Shown here one piece after another: positions 55,201 through 64,000 of a DNA stretch of 64,000 nucleotides (the first letter of the stretch is position 1; each line of letters begins with the position of its first letter). This DNA is from an uncultured Chloroflexia bacterium (lineage in GTDB: Bacteria; Chloroflexota; Limnocylindria; Limnocylindrales; CSP1-4). The position numbers and the translations under genes were made by a program. The notes under the pieces are model-generated. The model was given only the letters and a program-made list of their open reading frames with translations, was not told the origin of the DNA and did no database searches. The stretch is from assembly GCA_963828165.1 (NCBI GenBank), contig CAWHDR010000001.1, forward strand, positions 2,688,001-2,752,000, written 5' to 3'.

Positions 55201-55541
55201 AGATCCAGGCGACCCCACGGCCGGGCACGGCCGTGGCCGAAGACGACGGTCTCGTGGTGGTCCTCGACACGGAGTTGACGCCGGAGCTCCGCGCAGAGGG
55301 CGATGCCCGCGAGATCGCGCGGGCTGTCCAGGACCTGCGGCGGGAGGCTGGCCTGGAGCTCGACGACCGGATCGAGCTGTGGATCTCCGGGGCGCCGACC
55401 GCCGTCGCCCCGCACCTGCCAGCGGTCGCCGCCGACACCGGGGCGGACCTTGCCACGGGCCAGACCCCGGCCGCGGCGACGCGGACGGATGTCCAGCTCG
55501 ACGGTGCCACCGTGACGATCGCCCTGCGGCGGGTCGGATGA
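52221..55541 (+). CDS. ileS: Isoleucyl-tRNA synthetase (type 2-like)
   Basis: DGPITAN, WTTTPWTL, GTGIVHIAP, YPHCWRC, DWMISKKRYWG, VLDTELTPEL..EG.ARE; followed by lspA. Confidence 0.96.
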   Translation: MFRPVTAKPDFVAQEHDILATWRERRTFARLRAQNTGGPRWSFLDGPITANNPMGVHHAWGRTYKDLYQRFHAMLGEDQRYQNGFDCQGLWVEVNVERDLGFTNKRDIEAYGIDRFVTLCKQRVLTYAARQSEQSIRLGMWMDWNDPDELRRLHDLLGTDPSAITTIEGTDGPVTDTVEMLVGRLGMREVGGSYFTFSNENNDLIWGFLAEVHRRGWLYKGHDTMPWCARCGTGLSQTEVNEGYQDKDDPGLTVKFPLIDRPGEALLVWTTTPWTLTSNVAAAVGARLRYVKVRQGDDAFWLAKGTLKTALEGPFQVEEELAGADLVGWRYAGPFDELPAVQAAFAEGYEHRVVPWDEVGEDEGTGIVHIAPGCGAEDFQLAKAIGLPVIAPLDESGIVLEGFGPLSGRDVRDVADPIVEHLKATDRFYRLETINHRYPHCWRCGTPLVFRLVDEWYISMGPVYDQPRDTLSTAQVDASLRYQIMEVVDRIRWIPEFGYDRELDWLLNMGDWMISKKRYWGLALPIYDCAACGRIDVVGGREELKERAVEGWERFEGHTPHRPWVDEVRIACSGCGAPVERIKDVGNPWLDAGIVPFSTLHHREDPDYWARWFPADFITESFPGQFRNWFYSMLAMSTVLRREEPFKTIFGYATLFAEDGRPMHKSSGNAIEFDEAAERMGVDVMRWMFTKARPEENILFGWHAADEARRELLILWNVYSFFVTYARLAGWTPKAGIDDVIAAAPSWPAMDHWILSRAAGLADDVAKDLGDFDAVAATREISTFIDDLSTWFLRRSRDRMRAGADPADRDAAFATLHAALVTLVRTLAPILPFLSESMYENLMVTVVPGTPDSVHLTPWPAAVMAAHRDPDLERAMTTVRAAVDLARTLRAQAGLRNRQPLARAWLALPDRGLAISDELLGLFADEINVGAVELIADGSELVDRRVKPLLPKIGKRLGAAIPAVMAAAREGAVEIADDGSVTLAGVTLAPDEVEIQATPRPGTAVAEDDGLVVVLDTELTPELRAEGDAREIARAVQDLRREAGLELDDRIELWISGAPTAVAPHLPAVAADTGADLATGQTPAAATRTDVQLDGATVTIALRRVG

Positions 55542-56089
55542 CGGCGCCGGCAGCACCGGGCCGGGAACGAGCGCGCTGGCCGCTGTTCCTCGGGGTGGCG
55601 GCGATCGTGGTGGTCCTCGACCAGTTGACGAAGGCCTGGCTCGTCTCGATCCTGCCCGCCGAAGGGCAACAGCTGTCGGTGATCGGCGATCTCGTACGGC
55701 TCGTCAACTCGCGCAACAGCGGCGCGCTGTTCGGCCTCTTCCAGGACCAGGCGCTGCTGTTCGGGCTCGTGTCGATGGGTGTCGTCGGGCTCATCGCCTG
55801 GTACCACGGGAGCTCGGGGCGGAACACCCTCTTGTCGGTGGCGCTCGGGCTGCTGCTCGGAGGTGCGCTCGGGAACATGCTCGACCGTCTGCGGCTGGGC
55901 TATGTCATCGATTTCGTGGATGCCGGTCTGGGCGACCTGCGTTTCTACACCTTCAACGTGGCGGACAGCGCCATCACCTGCGCCATCCTCCTGTTGCTGG
56001 CAAGCGCCTTCCTGCCCGGAAGGTTCGGGCTGCCACCCGTCGACGCCCCCCGGCGACCGAGCGAGCCCGCGGACCCGGTCGATGCCTGA
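55538..56089 (+). CDS. lspA: Signal peptidase II
   Basis: DQLTK, NSGALFG, GGALGNMLDR, VIDF, FNVAD. Confidence 0.96.
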   Translation: MTAPAAPGRERARWPLFLGVAAIVVVLDQLTKAWLVSILPAEGQQLSVIGDLVRLVNSRNSGALFGLFQDQALLFGLVSMGVVGLIAWYHGSSGRNTLLSVALGLLLGGALGNMLDRLRLGYVIDFVDAGLGDLRFYTFNVADSAITCAILLLLASAFLPGRFGLPPVDAPRRPSEPADPVDA

Positions 56090-57042
56090 CGCGCCGATCG
56101 CGGCCGGCGTCCGGACCGTCCGGGTCCCCGATGGCCGGATCGGGCGGATCGACCGGTACGTGGCCGACGTGACGGGCCTCTCGCGGAGCCACGTCCAGAA
56201 GCTGATCTCCGACGGACGGATGACTGCCGAGGGCATCCCGCTGCGGGCGAACATGATCGTGCCCGCGGGGACGGAGATCCGCCTCGATGTGCCTGAGCCG
56301 GCCGCCCTGGACCTCGCCCCGGCCCACGATATCCCGCTGCGGATCGTGTACGAGGACGCGGACCTGCTGATCGTCGACAAGCCGTCCGGGATCGTGGTCC
56401 ACCCATCCGCCGGCCACCACGACGGGGACACGATGGTCAACGCGTTGCTGGCGCGCGCGGGCGGATCTGAATACGGGGGCATCGCCGGGGTCGCGCGCCC
56501 CGGGATCGTCCACCGCCTCGACCGGGACACCAGCGGGCTCCTGATGGTGGCCAAGCACGATGCCGCCCAGCATTCCCTGATGGCCCAGCTCAAGGCGCGG
56601 CGGGTCCGCAAGACCTACCAGGCGCTCGTCGCGGGGAATGTGGCGGCGGCCGTCGGGCGGATCGAAGCGCCGATCGGGCGCGACCCGAAGCATCGGACCC
56701 GGATGGCGGTCGTTCCGGACGGGCGGGCCTCCACCACCGGCTACCGGGTCCGCGAACGCTTCGCCGGCTGGACCCTGCTGGAGCTGGACCTGGTCACGGG
56801 TCGGACCCACCAGATCCGCGTGCATCTCGATGCGATCGGACACCCGGTCGCCGGCGACCCGGTCTACGGGACCGGCACCTCGCGGCGCGGGCCGGAGGGC
56901 CTCGGACGGCTGTTCCTGCACGCCTGGCGGCTGGAGCTGACGGCCCCCGCCAGCGGGGAGCTGATCCGCGCGACCGCGGACCTGCCGGCCGAGCTCGAGG
57001 TCGTCCTCGACGTCGCTGCGCGCGGCCGAGACCGCTCGATGA
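56082..57042 (+). CDS. rluD: RluA/RluD family pseudouridine synthase (in frame with gmk in this assembly)
   Basis: S4 domain, DKPSG, GIVHRLDRDTSG, TGRTHQIRVH, LHA; likely true end DSLRAAETAR* in +1 frame. Confidence 0.9.
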
Positions 57043-57743
57043 CCGACGACGCGCGCCCGGCGCCCCCCGGCTTGAAAGCGATCCCCGAGGAACCGGAACG
57101 GATCTCCGATGATCCCGGGCGGCCGAGCGGCGTCATCCTCGGCGCCCCGGGCGCGATGCTCGTCATCATCTCCGGGCCCTCAGGCGTGGGCAAGGACACC
57201 ATCATCGACGCGATGCGAGAGCGCACGCATGACCCCGAGTACGTCTACGTCGTGACGTGCACGACCCGCGCGCCGCGCCCTGGCGAGATCGATGGCGTCG
57301 ACTACCACTTCGTGTCGCGCGAGGATTTCCTGCGGCTGCGCGCCGACCGGCAGTTGCTCGAGACGAACGAGGTCCACGGCAACTGGTACGGCGCCCCACG
57401 CGACCAGGTGCGCCGCGCCGTGCTGGCCGGACGCCATGCGATCCTCAAGATCGACGTGCAGGGGGCGCAGATCGTCAAGGAGCAGGTCACCGAGGCACTC
57501 CTGATCTTCGTGGTCCCGCCGACGCTCGAAACGCTGTTCTCGCGGCTGCGCACGCGCGCCACGGAGAGTGCCGACGAGCTCGAGCTGCGCCAGCGCAACG
57601 CCGCCATCGAGCTCGCGCGCCAGGACGACTACGACTACGTCGTGCTGAACGAGACCGACCAGGTCGAACGCACCGCCGAGCGGATCGACGAGATCATCGC
57701 CGAGGAACGCCGCCTGCATGCCGACCGACGGGTCCGGGTCTAG
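57039..57743 (+). CDS. gmk: Guanylate kinase
   Basis: SGPSGVGK, TTRAPRPGEIDGVDYHF, HGNWYG, IDVQGA. Confidence 0.95.
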   Translation: MTDDARPAPPGLKAIPEEPERISDDPGRPSGVILGAPGAMLVIISGPSGVGKDTIIDAMRERTHDPEYVYVVTCTTRAPRPGEIDGVDYHFVSREDFLRLRADRQLLETNEVHGNWYGAPRDQVRRAVLAGRHAILKIDVQGAQIVKEQVTEALLIFVVPPTLETLFSRLRTRATESADELELRQRNAAIELARQDDYDYVVLNETDQVERTAERIDEIIAEERRLHADRRVRV

Positions 57744-60180
57744 ACCGGGGCGGCTGGTCGAGGTCGCGGTCGACGCGGCCGGCGCCGGTGGCGCCCGGCC
57801 CTTCACCTACAGCGTGCCCGAATCCCTGGCGGACCTCGAGGCTGGCGAGGCCGTGCTGGTGGAATTCGGCCGGCGGCAGGCGCTCGGGGTGGTGCTGGGT
57901 GGCGCGGAGGAGGCGCCGTCGAGCTCGACCACCAAGCCCCTGGTCGACCGGGTCCGCGCGGACGGACCGCTTCTGCCGCCCTTGACGCTCGCACTCGCGC
58001 GCTGGGTGGCCGCGCACTACCTGGCCCCGCCTGCCCTCGTGATCCGGGCGATGCTGCCGCCGGGCCTGCTGGAACGCCTCGAGCTGGTGGCCGAGCGGAC
58101 CCCGCAGCCGCTCGATGGCGAGCTCGACGCCGTCGACACCGACCTCCTCGACCAGCTCGGGGGCGGAGCGCGGCCCGCGCGCGACCTCGCGGCGCCCGAT
58201 GGCCGGGCGGGCCTCCTCCGCCGGCTTCGGGGCCTGGAGTCGCGCGACCTCGTGACCCTCGACTGGACGCTGCTCGGGGCGGGCGCCGGTCCCCGATACG
58301 AACGCTGGATCCGACTGTTGCCCGCGGGCCGCACCGCGGCGGTCGCGCTGGCCGCGGGTGAGCGGTCAACGGGCCGTCCGCTCGGCCCGCGCCAGATCGA
58401 CGCCCTCGCGGAGCTGGCGGGCGGTTCGGTGGCGGCCGATGGCGTCCCGGCAGCCGAGGTGGCCGGGCGGCACGGGACGGCGACCCTCACCTCCCTGGTT
58501 CGGCGCGGCCTTGCGGAGACCGGCGTGCGGGAACGACCGCGCCGGCCACTGGCCTCGCGAGCGCCCGGGACCCGCGGCGGTCGGCCGCGGTCGGCCGAGC
58601 TCTCTGCGGCACAGGCCGCCGCCGTGGATCGCGTCGCGCGGGCGATCGAGGAGCGGGACCCGCGCCCATTGCTCCTGGACGGCGTGACGGGTGGTGGCAA
58701 GACGGCGATCTATGTCGAGGCGATCGGTGCGGCGCTCGCTGCGGGCCGTCCCGCGCTCGTGCTCGTCCCCGAGATCGCGCTCGCCCTGCCGATCGTCGAT
58801 CGACTCCGGGCCGACCTCGATGCGCGGGTCGCGCTCGTCCACTCGGGCCTCGGCGACGGCGAGCGGGCCGACGAGTGGCGCCGCATCCGGAACGGTGAGG
58901 TGGACATCGTGGTCGGCACGCGGCTGGCCGTCGTCGCCCCGCTCGCGGACGTGGGCATCGTGATCGTCGACGAGGAACACGACCCCGCCTACAAGAGCGA
59001 CCGCACCCCGAGGCTCCAGGCTCGCGACACGGCGATCCGACTGGCCGAAATGGCCGGGGCGGCGCTGGTGCTCGGCTCGGCGACGCCGGCGGTCGACAGC
59101 CTGGGGCGTGCGCTCGAAGGGACCTACGATCGGATCGTCCTGCCACAGCGTCCTACCGGGACCACGCCGACCGTCACGGTCGTCGACCTCCGCGCCGAGC
59201 TCGCCGAGGGAAATCGCGGACTGCTGTCGCGGACCCTCGATCAAGCCCTGGACGCGCTCGACACGGCGGCGGGGGAGCAGGCGATCCTGGTGCTGAACCG
59301 GCGCGGGACGGCGTCGGTGGTGCTGTGCCGCGACTGTGGCCACGTTCAGGCCTGCCCGGACTGCGAACGGCCGCTCGTCTACCACCAGGCCGGCATGACC
59401 CTAAGATGCCACCACTGCGGGCGAGCCACGCCGCTGGCCACACGCTGCCCGTCGTGCGCGTCGCCACGGATCCGGTACCTGGGCGGTGGTACGGAACGGG
59501 TGGAGCGCGAGGTCCGTGCGAACCACCCCGACCTGCGCGTGGCGCGGCTGGATCGTGACGTGGCGGAACGCCGGGGAGCGGCGGCCCGGGTGCTGGACGC
59601 CTTCGCGGCCGGCCAGACGGACGTGCTCGTCGGCACGAGCCTCGTCGCCAAGGGCCTCGACGTGCCCGCGGTCACGCTGGTCGGCGTCGTGTCGTCCGAT
59701 GTGGCGCTGAACCTTCCCGACGAGCGCGCGGCCGAGCGGACGTACCAGCTCCTGTCCCAGGCGGTGGGGCGGGCGGGCCGCGGCGACCGCCCCGGTCGGG
59801 CGATCCTGCAGACCTACCAGCCCGATCACCCGGTGATCCGTGCCGTGGCCAGCGGCGACGGCGAGACGTTCTACCGCGAGGAGCTCGCGATGCGGCGACG
59901 GTTCGGGTCACCGCCGTTCGGCCGACTCGTCAAGCTCACGGTCGCGCTTCCCGATCGCGAGGCCGCCGAACGCGAGGGCGACGCGATGGCCGGGCGGCTG
60001 CGGGAGCGGGCCGCCGAGCAGGACACGACCGTCCTGGGGCCCGCACCGGCCTACATCGCGCGGCGGAACGACCGGTGGCGCTACAACCTGGTCCTGCGTG
60101 GGGCCGACCCCGTCGCGACCCTCGGCGGCGATCCGGGGCCGCCGTGGTCGGTGGATGTCGACCCGGAGTCGCTCCTCTAG
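57718..60180 (+). CDS. priA: Primosomal protein N' (replication restart helicase)
   Basis: GVTGGGKT, LVPEI, DEEHD, GSATP, four CxxC, KGLD, RAGR, DVDP. Confidence 0.96.
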   Translation: MPTDGSGSRPGRLVEVAVDAAGAGGARPFTYSVPESLADLEAGEAVLVEFGRRQALGVVLGGAEEAPSSSTTKPLVDRVRADGPLLPPLTLALARWVAAHYLAPPALVIRAMLPPGLLERLELVAERTPQPLDGELDAVDTDLLDQLGGGARPARDLAAPDGRAGLLRRLRGLESRDLVTLDWTLLGAGAGPRYERWIRLLPAGRTAAVALAAGERSTGRPLGPRQIDALAELAGGSVAADGVPAAEVAGRHGTATLTSLVRRGLAETGVRERPRRPLASRAPGTRGGRPRSAELSAAQAAAVDRVARAIEERDPRPLLLDGVTGGGKTAIYVEAIGAALAAGRPALVLVPEIALALPIVDRLRADLDARVALVHSGLGDGERADEWRRIRNGEVDIVVGTRLAVVAPLADVGIVIVDEEHDPAYKSDRTPRLQARDTAIRLAEMAGAALVLGSATPAVDSLGRALEGTYDRIVLPQRPTGTTPTVTVVDLRAELAEGNRGLLSRTLDQALDALDTAAGEQAILVLNRRGTASVVLCRDCGHVQACPDCERPLVYHQAGMTLRCHHCGRATPLATRCPSCASPRIRYLGGGTERVEREVRANHPDLRVARLDRDVAERRGAAARVLDAFAAGQTDVLVGTSLVAKGLDVPAVTLVGVVSSDVALNLPDERAAERTYQLLSQAVGRAGRGDRPGRAILQTYQPDHPVIRAVASGDGETFYREELAMRRRFGSPPFGRLVKLTVALPDREAAEREGDAMAGRLRERAAEQDTTVLGPAPAYIARRNDRWRYNLVLRGADPVATLGGDPGPPWSVDVDPESLL

Positions 60181-60196
60181 TCGGCGGTCTTGGACC

Positions 60197-60448
60197 TCAG
60201 TCGACGTCGCGTCGATACGCGACGAGCACGCCGCCGACCATCCGCTCGAGGCCCTGCAGGCACTCGAGCTGGCTCGACTCGAGGTCGACCGGGTGCATGC
60301 CCTCGGCGATCGTCTCCGGGTCGACCGTGCCCCACGGGCTCGGCGCGTAGGCCATGACGACGTCCGTGTCGAGGGTCCGCTCGGCCTCGTTGACCAGGTC
60401 CAGCTGGGCGGGCTCGAGGTCCGCGAAGGTCCATCCGTCTACGCTCAT
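60197..60448 (-). CDS. Small protein with an internal two-unit repeat
   Basis: GGAGGAG SD; units ADLEPAQLDLVNEAERTL...MAY and VDLESSQLECLQGLERMVG..LVAY. Confidence 0.75.
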   Translation of the reverse strand: MSVDGWTFADLEPAQLDLVNEAERTLDTDVVMAYAPSPWGTVDPETIAEGMHPVDLESSQLECLQGLERMVGGVLVAYRRDVD

Positions 60449-60581
60449 GGCCGCTCCTCCCGCGGGGGCGGCCCGATCGTGGGCCGTCCGTCGCGCCGAT
60501 GATACGCCCACGACCATCGGGTTCTCGCGAAGTGACCTCGTTCGTGCGACGATGCGCAACCCAGAGGAGGTTCTTCCAACC

Positions 60582-61010
60582 ATGACTGACCCGACAACCC
60601 CGCAGCACGATCAGCCTGTCGAGGGCTCCCGCGACGAGTCCTACACTCGACCCGACGATGGCAACGTCGGCGGATCGAACGGTTCGTCCGATGCCGGCGC
60701 CAGCGCCAGCGCCAAGGCGACCGACGTGATGGAGACGATCCGCGTAGCCGTCGAAGATTTCGCTGAGAAGGCCGCACCGGTCGTGCGCCAGTTCTCGGTC
60801 AAGGCCGCCGACGTCGTGGCAACTGCAGCCGACAAGGCGGTTCCGCTCGCGCACAAGGCCGGCGACGCCGCGGCCGATGCCAGCGGCAAACTCGCCCAGA
60901 AGTCCCGCGCCTGGGCGGCCGGTACCCGCGCGTCGATGGATGACTACTCCACCGACACCTTCGACACGACGAAGACGACGGACACGACCGAGACGCCGCC
61001 CACGATCTGA
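60582..61010 (+). CDS. Hypothetical hydrophilic Ala/Lys/Asp-rich protein
   Basis: GAGGAGG SD; amphipathic helical repeats; low-complexity termini. Confidence 0.72.
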   Translation: MTDPTTPQHDQPVEGSRDESYTRPDDGNVGGSNGSSDAGASASAKATDVMETIRVAVEDFAEKAAPVVRQFSVKAADVVATAADKAVPLAHKAGDAAADASGKLAQKSRAWAAGTRASMDDYSTDTFDTTKTTDTTETPPTI

Positions 61011-61039
61011 GCCACGGTGGCGCCCATATAATCCGCGGC

Positions 61040-61555
61040 ATGTCCGTCCGACCCATCGCCCTGTTGGGCGATCCACGCCTGCGCCTCAAAGGGCTGCCCG
61101 TCGACAGTTTCGGCAGGTACCTGCACGAGCTGCTCGACGACCTCGCCCACACCATGCGCGACGCGCCGGGCGTCGGCCTGGCTGCGCCGCAGCTCGGCGA
61201 AGCCGTCCAGGCTTGCGTCATCGAGGTCGAGGACACGCTCCACGAGCTCGTCAATCCGCGCATCGTCCGCTCCACGGGCGATGACCGCGACCTCGAGGGC
61301 TGCCTGTCGATCCCGGGCTACGTGGCTTATGTCACCCGCCGCGAGAAGGTCTGGGTGGTGGCCCAGAACCGCCACGGCAAGAAGATCAAGGTGGCTGGGT
61401 CGGGGCTCCTCGGCCGGGCGCTGCAGCACGAGCTCGATCACCTCGAGGGCAAGCTCTACATCGACTACCTCGACTCCATGGACGAGCTGATGGCGGTCGA
61501 CGGGAGCAACGAGGACGACGCCGAGGTCCGCGAGGCGACGGGCGCCCTGGCGTGA
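61040..61555 (+). CDS. def: Peptide deformylase
   Basis: GVGLAAPQ, EGCLS, QHELDH. Confidence 0.97.
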   Translation: MSVRPIALLGDPRLRLKGLPVDSFGRYLHELLDDLAHTMRDAPGVGLAAPQLGEAVQACVIEVEDTLHELVNPRIVRSTGDDRDLEGCLSIPGYVAYVTRREKVWVVAQNRHGKKIKVAGSGLLGRALQHELDHLEGKLYIDYLDSMDELMAVDGSNEDDAEVREATGALA

Positions 61556-62505
61556 ATCCTCGGACCGATGGCCTCCACCGAGCGGCCTCGGTCCTCGGAG
61601 AGTCCCGGCGCGTGCGGACGATCTTCCTTGGGAGTGGCGACTTCGGGCGCGAGAGCCTGCGGCGCCTGAACGAGCACGAGGCGATCGACCTGGTCGGGGT
61701 CGTCACGGCGTCGGGGTCGGTCGTGCAGGGGCTCGCGGATGAACTCGGGATCGAGCGAGTCCTGACGCCAGCGCGCCTCCGCGCTCCGGAGTCGCTCGCG
61801 AGCATCCAGGAGCTCCGGCCTGAGTTGCTGGTCCTCGCCGACTACGGGCAGATCGTCCCGTCCGAGTTGCTGGAGCTGAAGCACGGAGCCTTGAATCTTC
61901 ACCCGTCTCTGCTGCCCCGGCATCGTGGCGCGACGCCGATACCGGCAGCCATCCTTGCCGGCGATGACGAGACCGGGGTCACGCTGATACGCATGGACCG
62001 CGGACTCGATACGGGCCCGATCGTCGCGGTCGAGCGGGGGCCGCTCGATGGCACGGAGATCGCGCCGCAGCTCGAAGCGGACCTCGAGCTGGTCGCGGCG
62101 TATTTGCTCGAAACCAACCTGGGTCCATGGATCGGCGGCGAGCTGGTGCCGCACCCGCAATCGAGCGATGAGGCGGATCTCACCCGAACCCTGCGACGAG
62201 AGGACGGCCGCATCGATCCACGAAAGACGGCCGTCGAGTTGGAGCGCCAAGTCCGCGCATATCAACCATGGCCGGGCTCGTTCGTGGATACGTCGTCGGG
62301 GAGGATCGTCGTCTGGTCGGCAAGAGCCGACGGTACCGGCGGACCGGCCAGCGGCACGTTCGACGAACGCGGCCTCGGCGTCGGCGACGGTGAGCGCCTG
62401 GGCTTCATCGAGGTGCAGCCCGCGGGCGGCAAGCGCATGACCTGGGAAGCGTTCCTGCGCGGGAAGCCATCGATCGTCGGGAGCCGCGTGCTTCCGGGCC
62501 CGTGA
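61552..62505 (+). CDS. fmt: Methionyl-tRNA formyltransferase
   Basis: DYGQI, NLHPSLLPRHRGATP, LDTG, RAYQPWP. Confidence 0.95.
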   Translation: MNPRTDGLHRAASVLGESRRVRTIFLGSGDFGRESLRRLNEHEAIDLVGVVTASGSVVQGLADELGIERVLTPARLRAPESLASIQELRPELLVLADYGQIVPSELLELKHGALNLHPSLLPRHRGATPIPAAILAGDDETGVTLIRMDRGLDTGPIVAVERGPLDGTEIAPQLEADLELVAAYLLETNLGPWIGGELVPHPQSSDEADLTRTLRREDGRIDPRKTAVELERQVRAYQPWPGSFVDTSSGRIVVWSARADGTGGPASGTFDERGLGVGDGERLGFIEVQPAGGKRMTWEAFLRGKPSIVGSRVLPGP

Positions 62506-62529
62506 CCCACCTGCGCTAGCCTTGACCTC

Positions 62530-63717
62530 GTGACGACCGATGCACGACCGGGGCTTTCCGGCCTGACCGCAGACGAACTCGCAGCCTGGGTCGAGGCGCA
62601 GGGTGAGCGGTCGTTCCGCGCCCGGCAGATCGCGGACGCTACCTGGAAGGATGGCGGGGTCACGGACCCCGGTGAGATCCGCACCCTGCCTGCACCCCTT
62701 CGCGCCGCGCTGGAGCGCGACTTCCGCCTGGACACGGTCCACGACTCCGAGCTTCGGATCGCGGATGGTGGGCTGACCGAGAAGGCCCTCCATCGACTCG
62801 ATGACGGCCAGCTCATCGAGTCCGTCCTGATGCACTACCCGGCCCGCGGCTCGTCACGCGAGCGGCACACGCTGTGCCTCTCGAGCCAGGCCGGCTGCGC
62901 CGTGGGTTGTCCGTTCTGTGCCACCGGCGAGCTCGGCCCCGGGCGTGATCTCGAGACCGCCGAGATCGTCGACCAGGCGCGTCACGCCGCTCGCCGCCTC
63001 GCGACGGACGGCAAGCGGCTCACGAACATCGTCTTCATGGGCATGGGCGAGCCGCTGCTGAATCTCGACCGGGTCCTCGCTGCGGTGGAGGCCCTCAACG
63101 ACCCGAAGCGCTTCGGCCTGGGGGCGCGGCACATCACGGTCTCCACGTCGGGCGTGGTGCCGGGCATCCGCCGCCTCACGGCGCTTGGGCCGCAGTTCAC
63201 GCTCGCGATCTCGCTCCACGCTGCGCGCGACGCCCTGCGCGACGTGCTCGTCCCGCTGAACCGGCGTTGGCCGGTGGCGGAGGTCGTCGATGCGGCCCGC
63301 GACCACGCCCGCGCGACCGGCCGGCGGATCAGCTACGAGTACACGATGATCGGGGGCGTGAACGACACGGACCTCGATGCCCAGGCCCTCGCCGACCTCC
63401 TGCGCGGCGACCACGCGCACGTGAACCTCATCCCGATGAATCAGGTCGCGCACACGCCGTGGCAGGCCAGCCCGATGGCGGTCATCGAGACGTTCGCGGC
63501 CGTCCTGATGGAGGCCGGGATCGGCACGACCATCCGGCGTAACCGCGGCCAGGAGGTCGGTGCCGCCTGTGGTCAGCTCGCGGCGGAACGGGCCGGGGAA
63601 CCGCCGGCTCCTGCGGTCGCGCGCCGGCGTGAACGCCTCGAGACCCAGAGCGCCGCCGCGCTGCGGGGTGAGCGGAGCGAGGAGCCGGCCCCGGAATTGG
63701 TCGGCGGCGGGGGATGA
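62530..63717 (+). CDS. rlmN: Radical SAM RNA methyltransferase RlmN
   Basis: CLSSQAGCAVGCPFCATG, MGMGEP, ISLH, AACGQL. Confidence 0.96.
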   Translation: MTTDARPGLSGLTADELAAWVEAQGERSFRARQIADATWKDGGVTDPGEIRTLPAPLRAALERDFRLDTVHDSELRIADGGLTEKALHRLDDGQLIESVLMHYPARGSSRERHTLCLSSQAGCAVGCPFCATGELGPGRDLETAEIVDQARHAARRLATDGKRLTNIVFMGMGEPLLNLDRVLAAVEALNDPKRFGLGARHITVSTSGVVPGIRRLTALGPQFTLAISLHAARDALRDVLVPLNRRWPVAEVVDAARDHARATGRRISYEYTMIGGVNDTDLDAQALADLLRGDHAHVNLIPMNQVAHTPWQASPMAVIETFAAVLMEAGIGTTIRRNRGQEVGAACGQLAAERAGEPPAPAVARRRERLETQSAAALRGERSEEPAPELVGGGG

Positions 63718-64000
63718 CCAGCGAGAACCCTGCGGGGCGTGGCACCGGGCGGGCTCGGATCGCCGCGAGCATCCTGGATGCGGATCTCGGGAACCTCGCG
63801 CACGCCGTTCGACGCGTGACCGGAGCGGGCACGGATCGCGTCCACCTCGACGTGATGGACGGCCACTTCGTGCCGAACCTGACCTTCGGGGCAAAGACCA
63901 TCAAGGCACTGCGGCCGCGGACCCAGGTCCCGTTCGACGCGCACCTGATGATCAGCGAGCCCGGCCGCTACATCGAGGAATACCTCGACGCCGGCTGCGA
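63714..64000 (+). CDS. rpe: Ribulose-phosphate 3-epimerase (3' truncated)
   Basis: IAASILDAD, HLDVMDGHFVPNLTFG, DAHLM. Confidence 0.95.
   Translation, partial: MTSENPAGRGTGRARIAASILDADLGNLAHAVRRVTGAGTDRVHLDVMDGHFVPNLTFGAKTIKALRPRTQVPFDAHLMISEPGRYIEEYLDAGC

Noticed and set aside
55779-57743. RluD-Gmk fusion
   Set aside because: A single-base deletion near 57012 restores a typical RluD end and an ATGA overlap
62530-63717. Cfr resistance methyltransferase
   Set aside because: Housekeeping def-fmt-rlmN-rpe context fits RlmN; phylogeny would be needed to claim otherwise

Overview
High-GC bacterial chromosome segment, mostly housekeeping. Gene content, the GAAC-N4-GTTC SOS box and the IleRS type suggest Chloroflexota (inference). 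It holds uvrB, uvrA, uvrC and a compact UvrD-like helicase; secDF-recJ-TolB-like-pyrF-tatAC-rapZ-yvcK-whiA-tpiA-gpmI-secG; eight tRNAs in two clusters; rpsF-ssb-rpsR; and ileS-lspA-rluD-gmk-priA, def-fmt-rlmN-rpe. Cassettes of secreted or surface proteins are interspersed: a Tad mini-cassette, an 11-domain DUF11 protein plus an SGNH-fold protein, a 5'-nucleotidase, a HYR protein and a lysyl-oxidase-like protein. Best candidate for something new is the cassette between uvrB and uvrA. It has a ~290-nt structured leader with a perfect four-tract G-quadruplex motif, then the giant DUF11 protein, then a coupled SGNH-fold protein whose S-G-N-H residues read H-E-E-H (possible metal site). Other highlights are a GVHH/PMHKS IleRS, pervasive leaderless promoter geometry, two LexA boxes, a probable ATA start, and five single-base insertions (three splits, two false fusions) that are probably sequencing errors. 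No CRISPR array, rRNA, integrase or transposase was seen.
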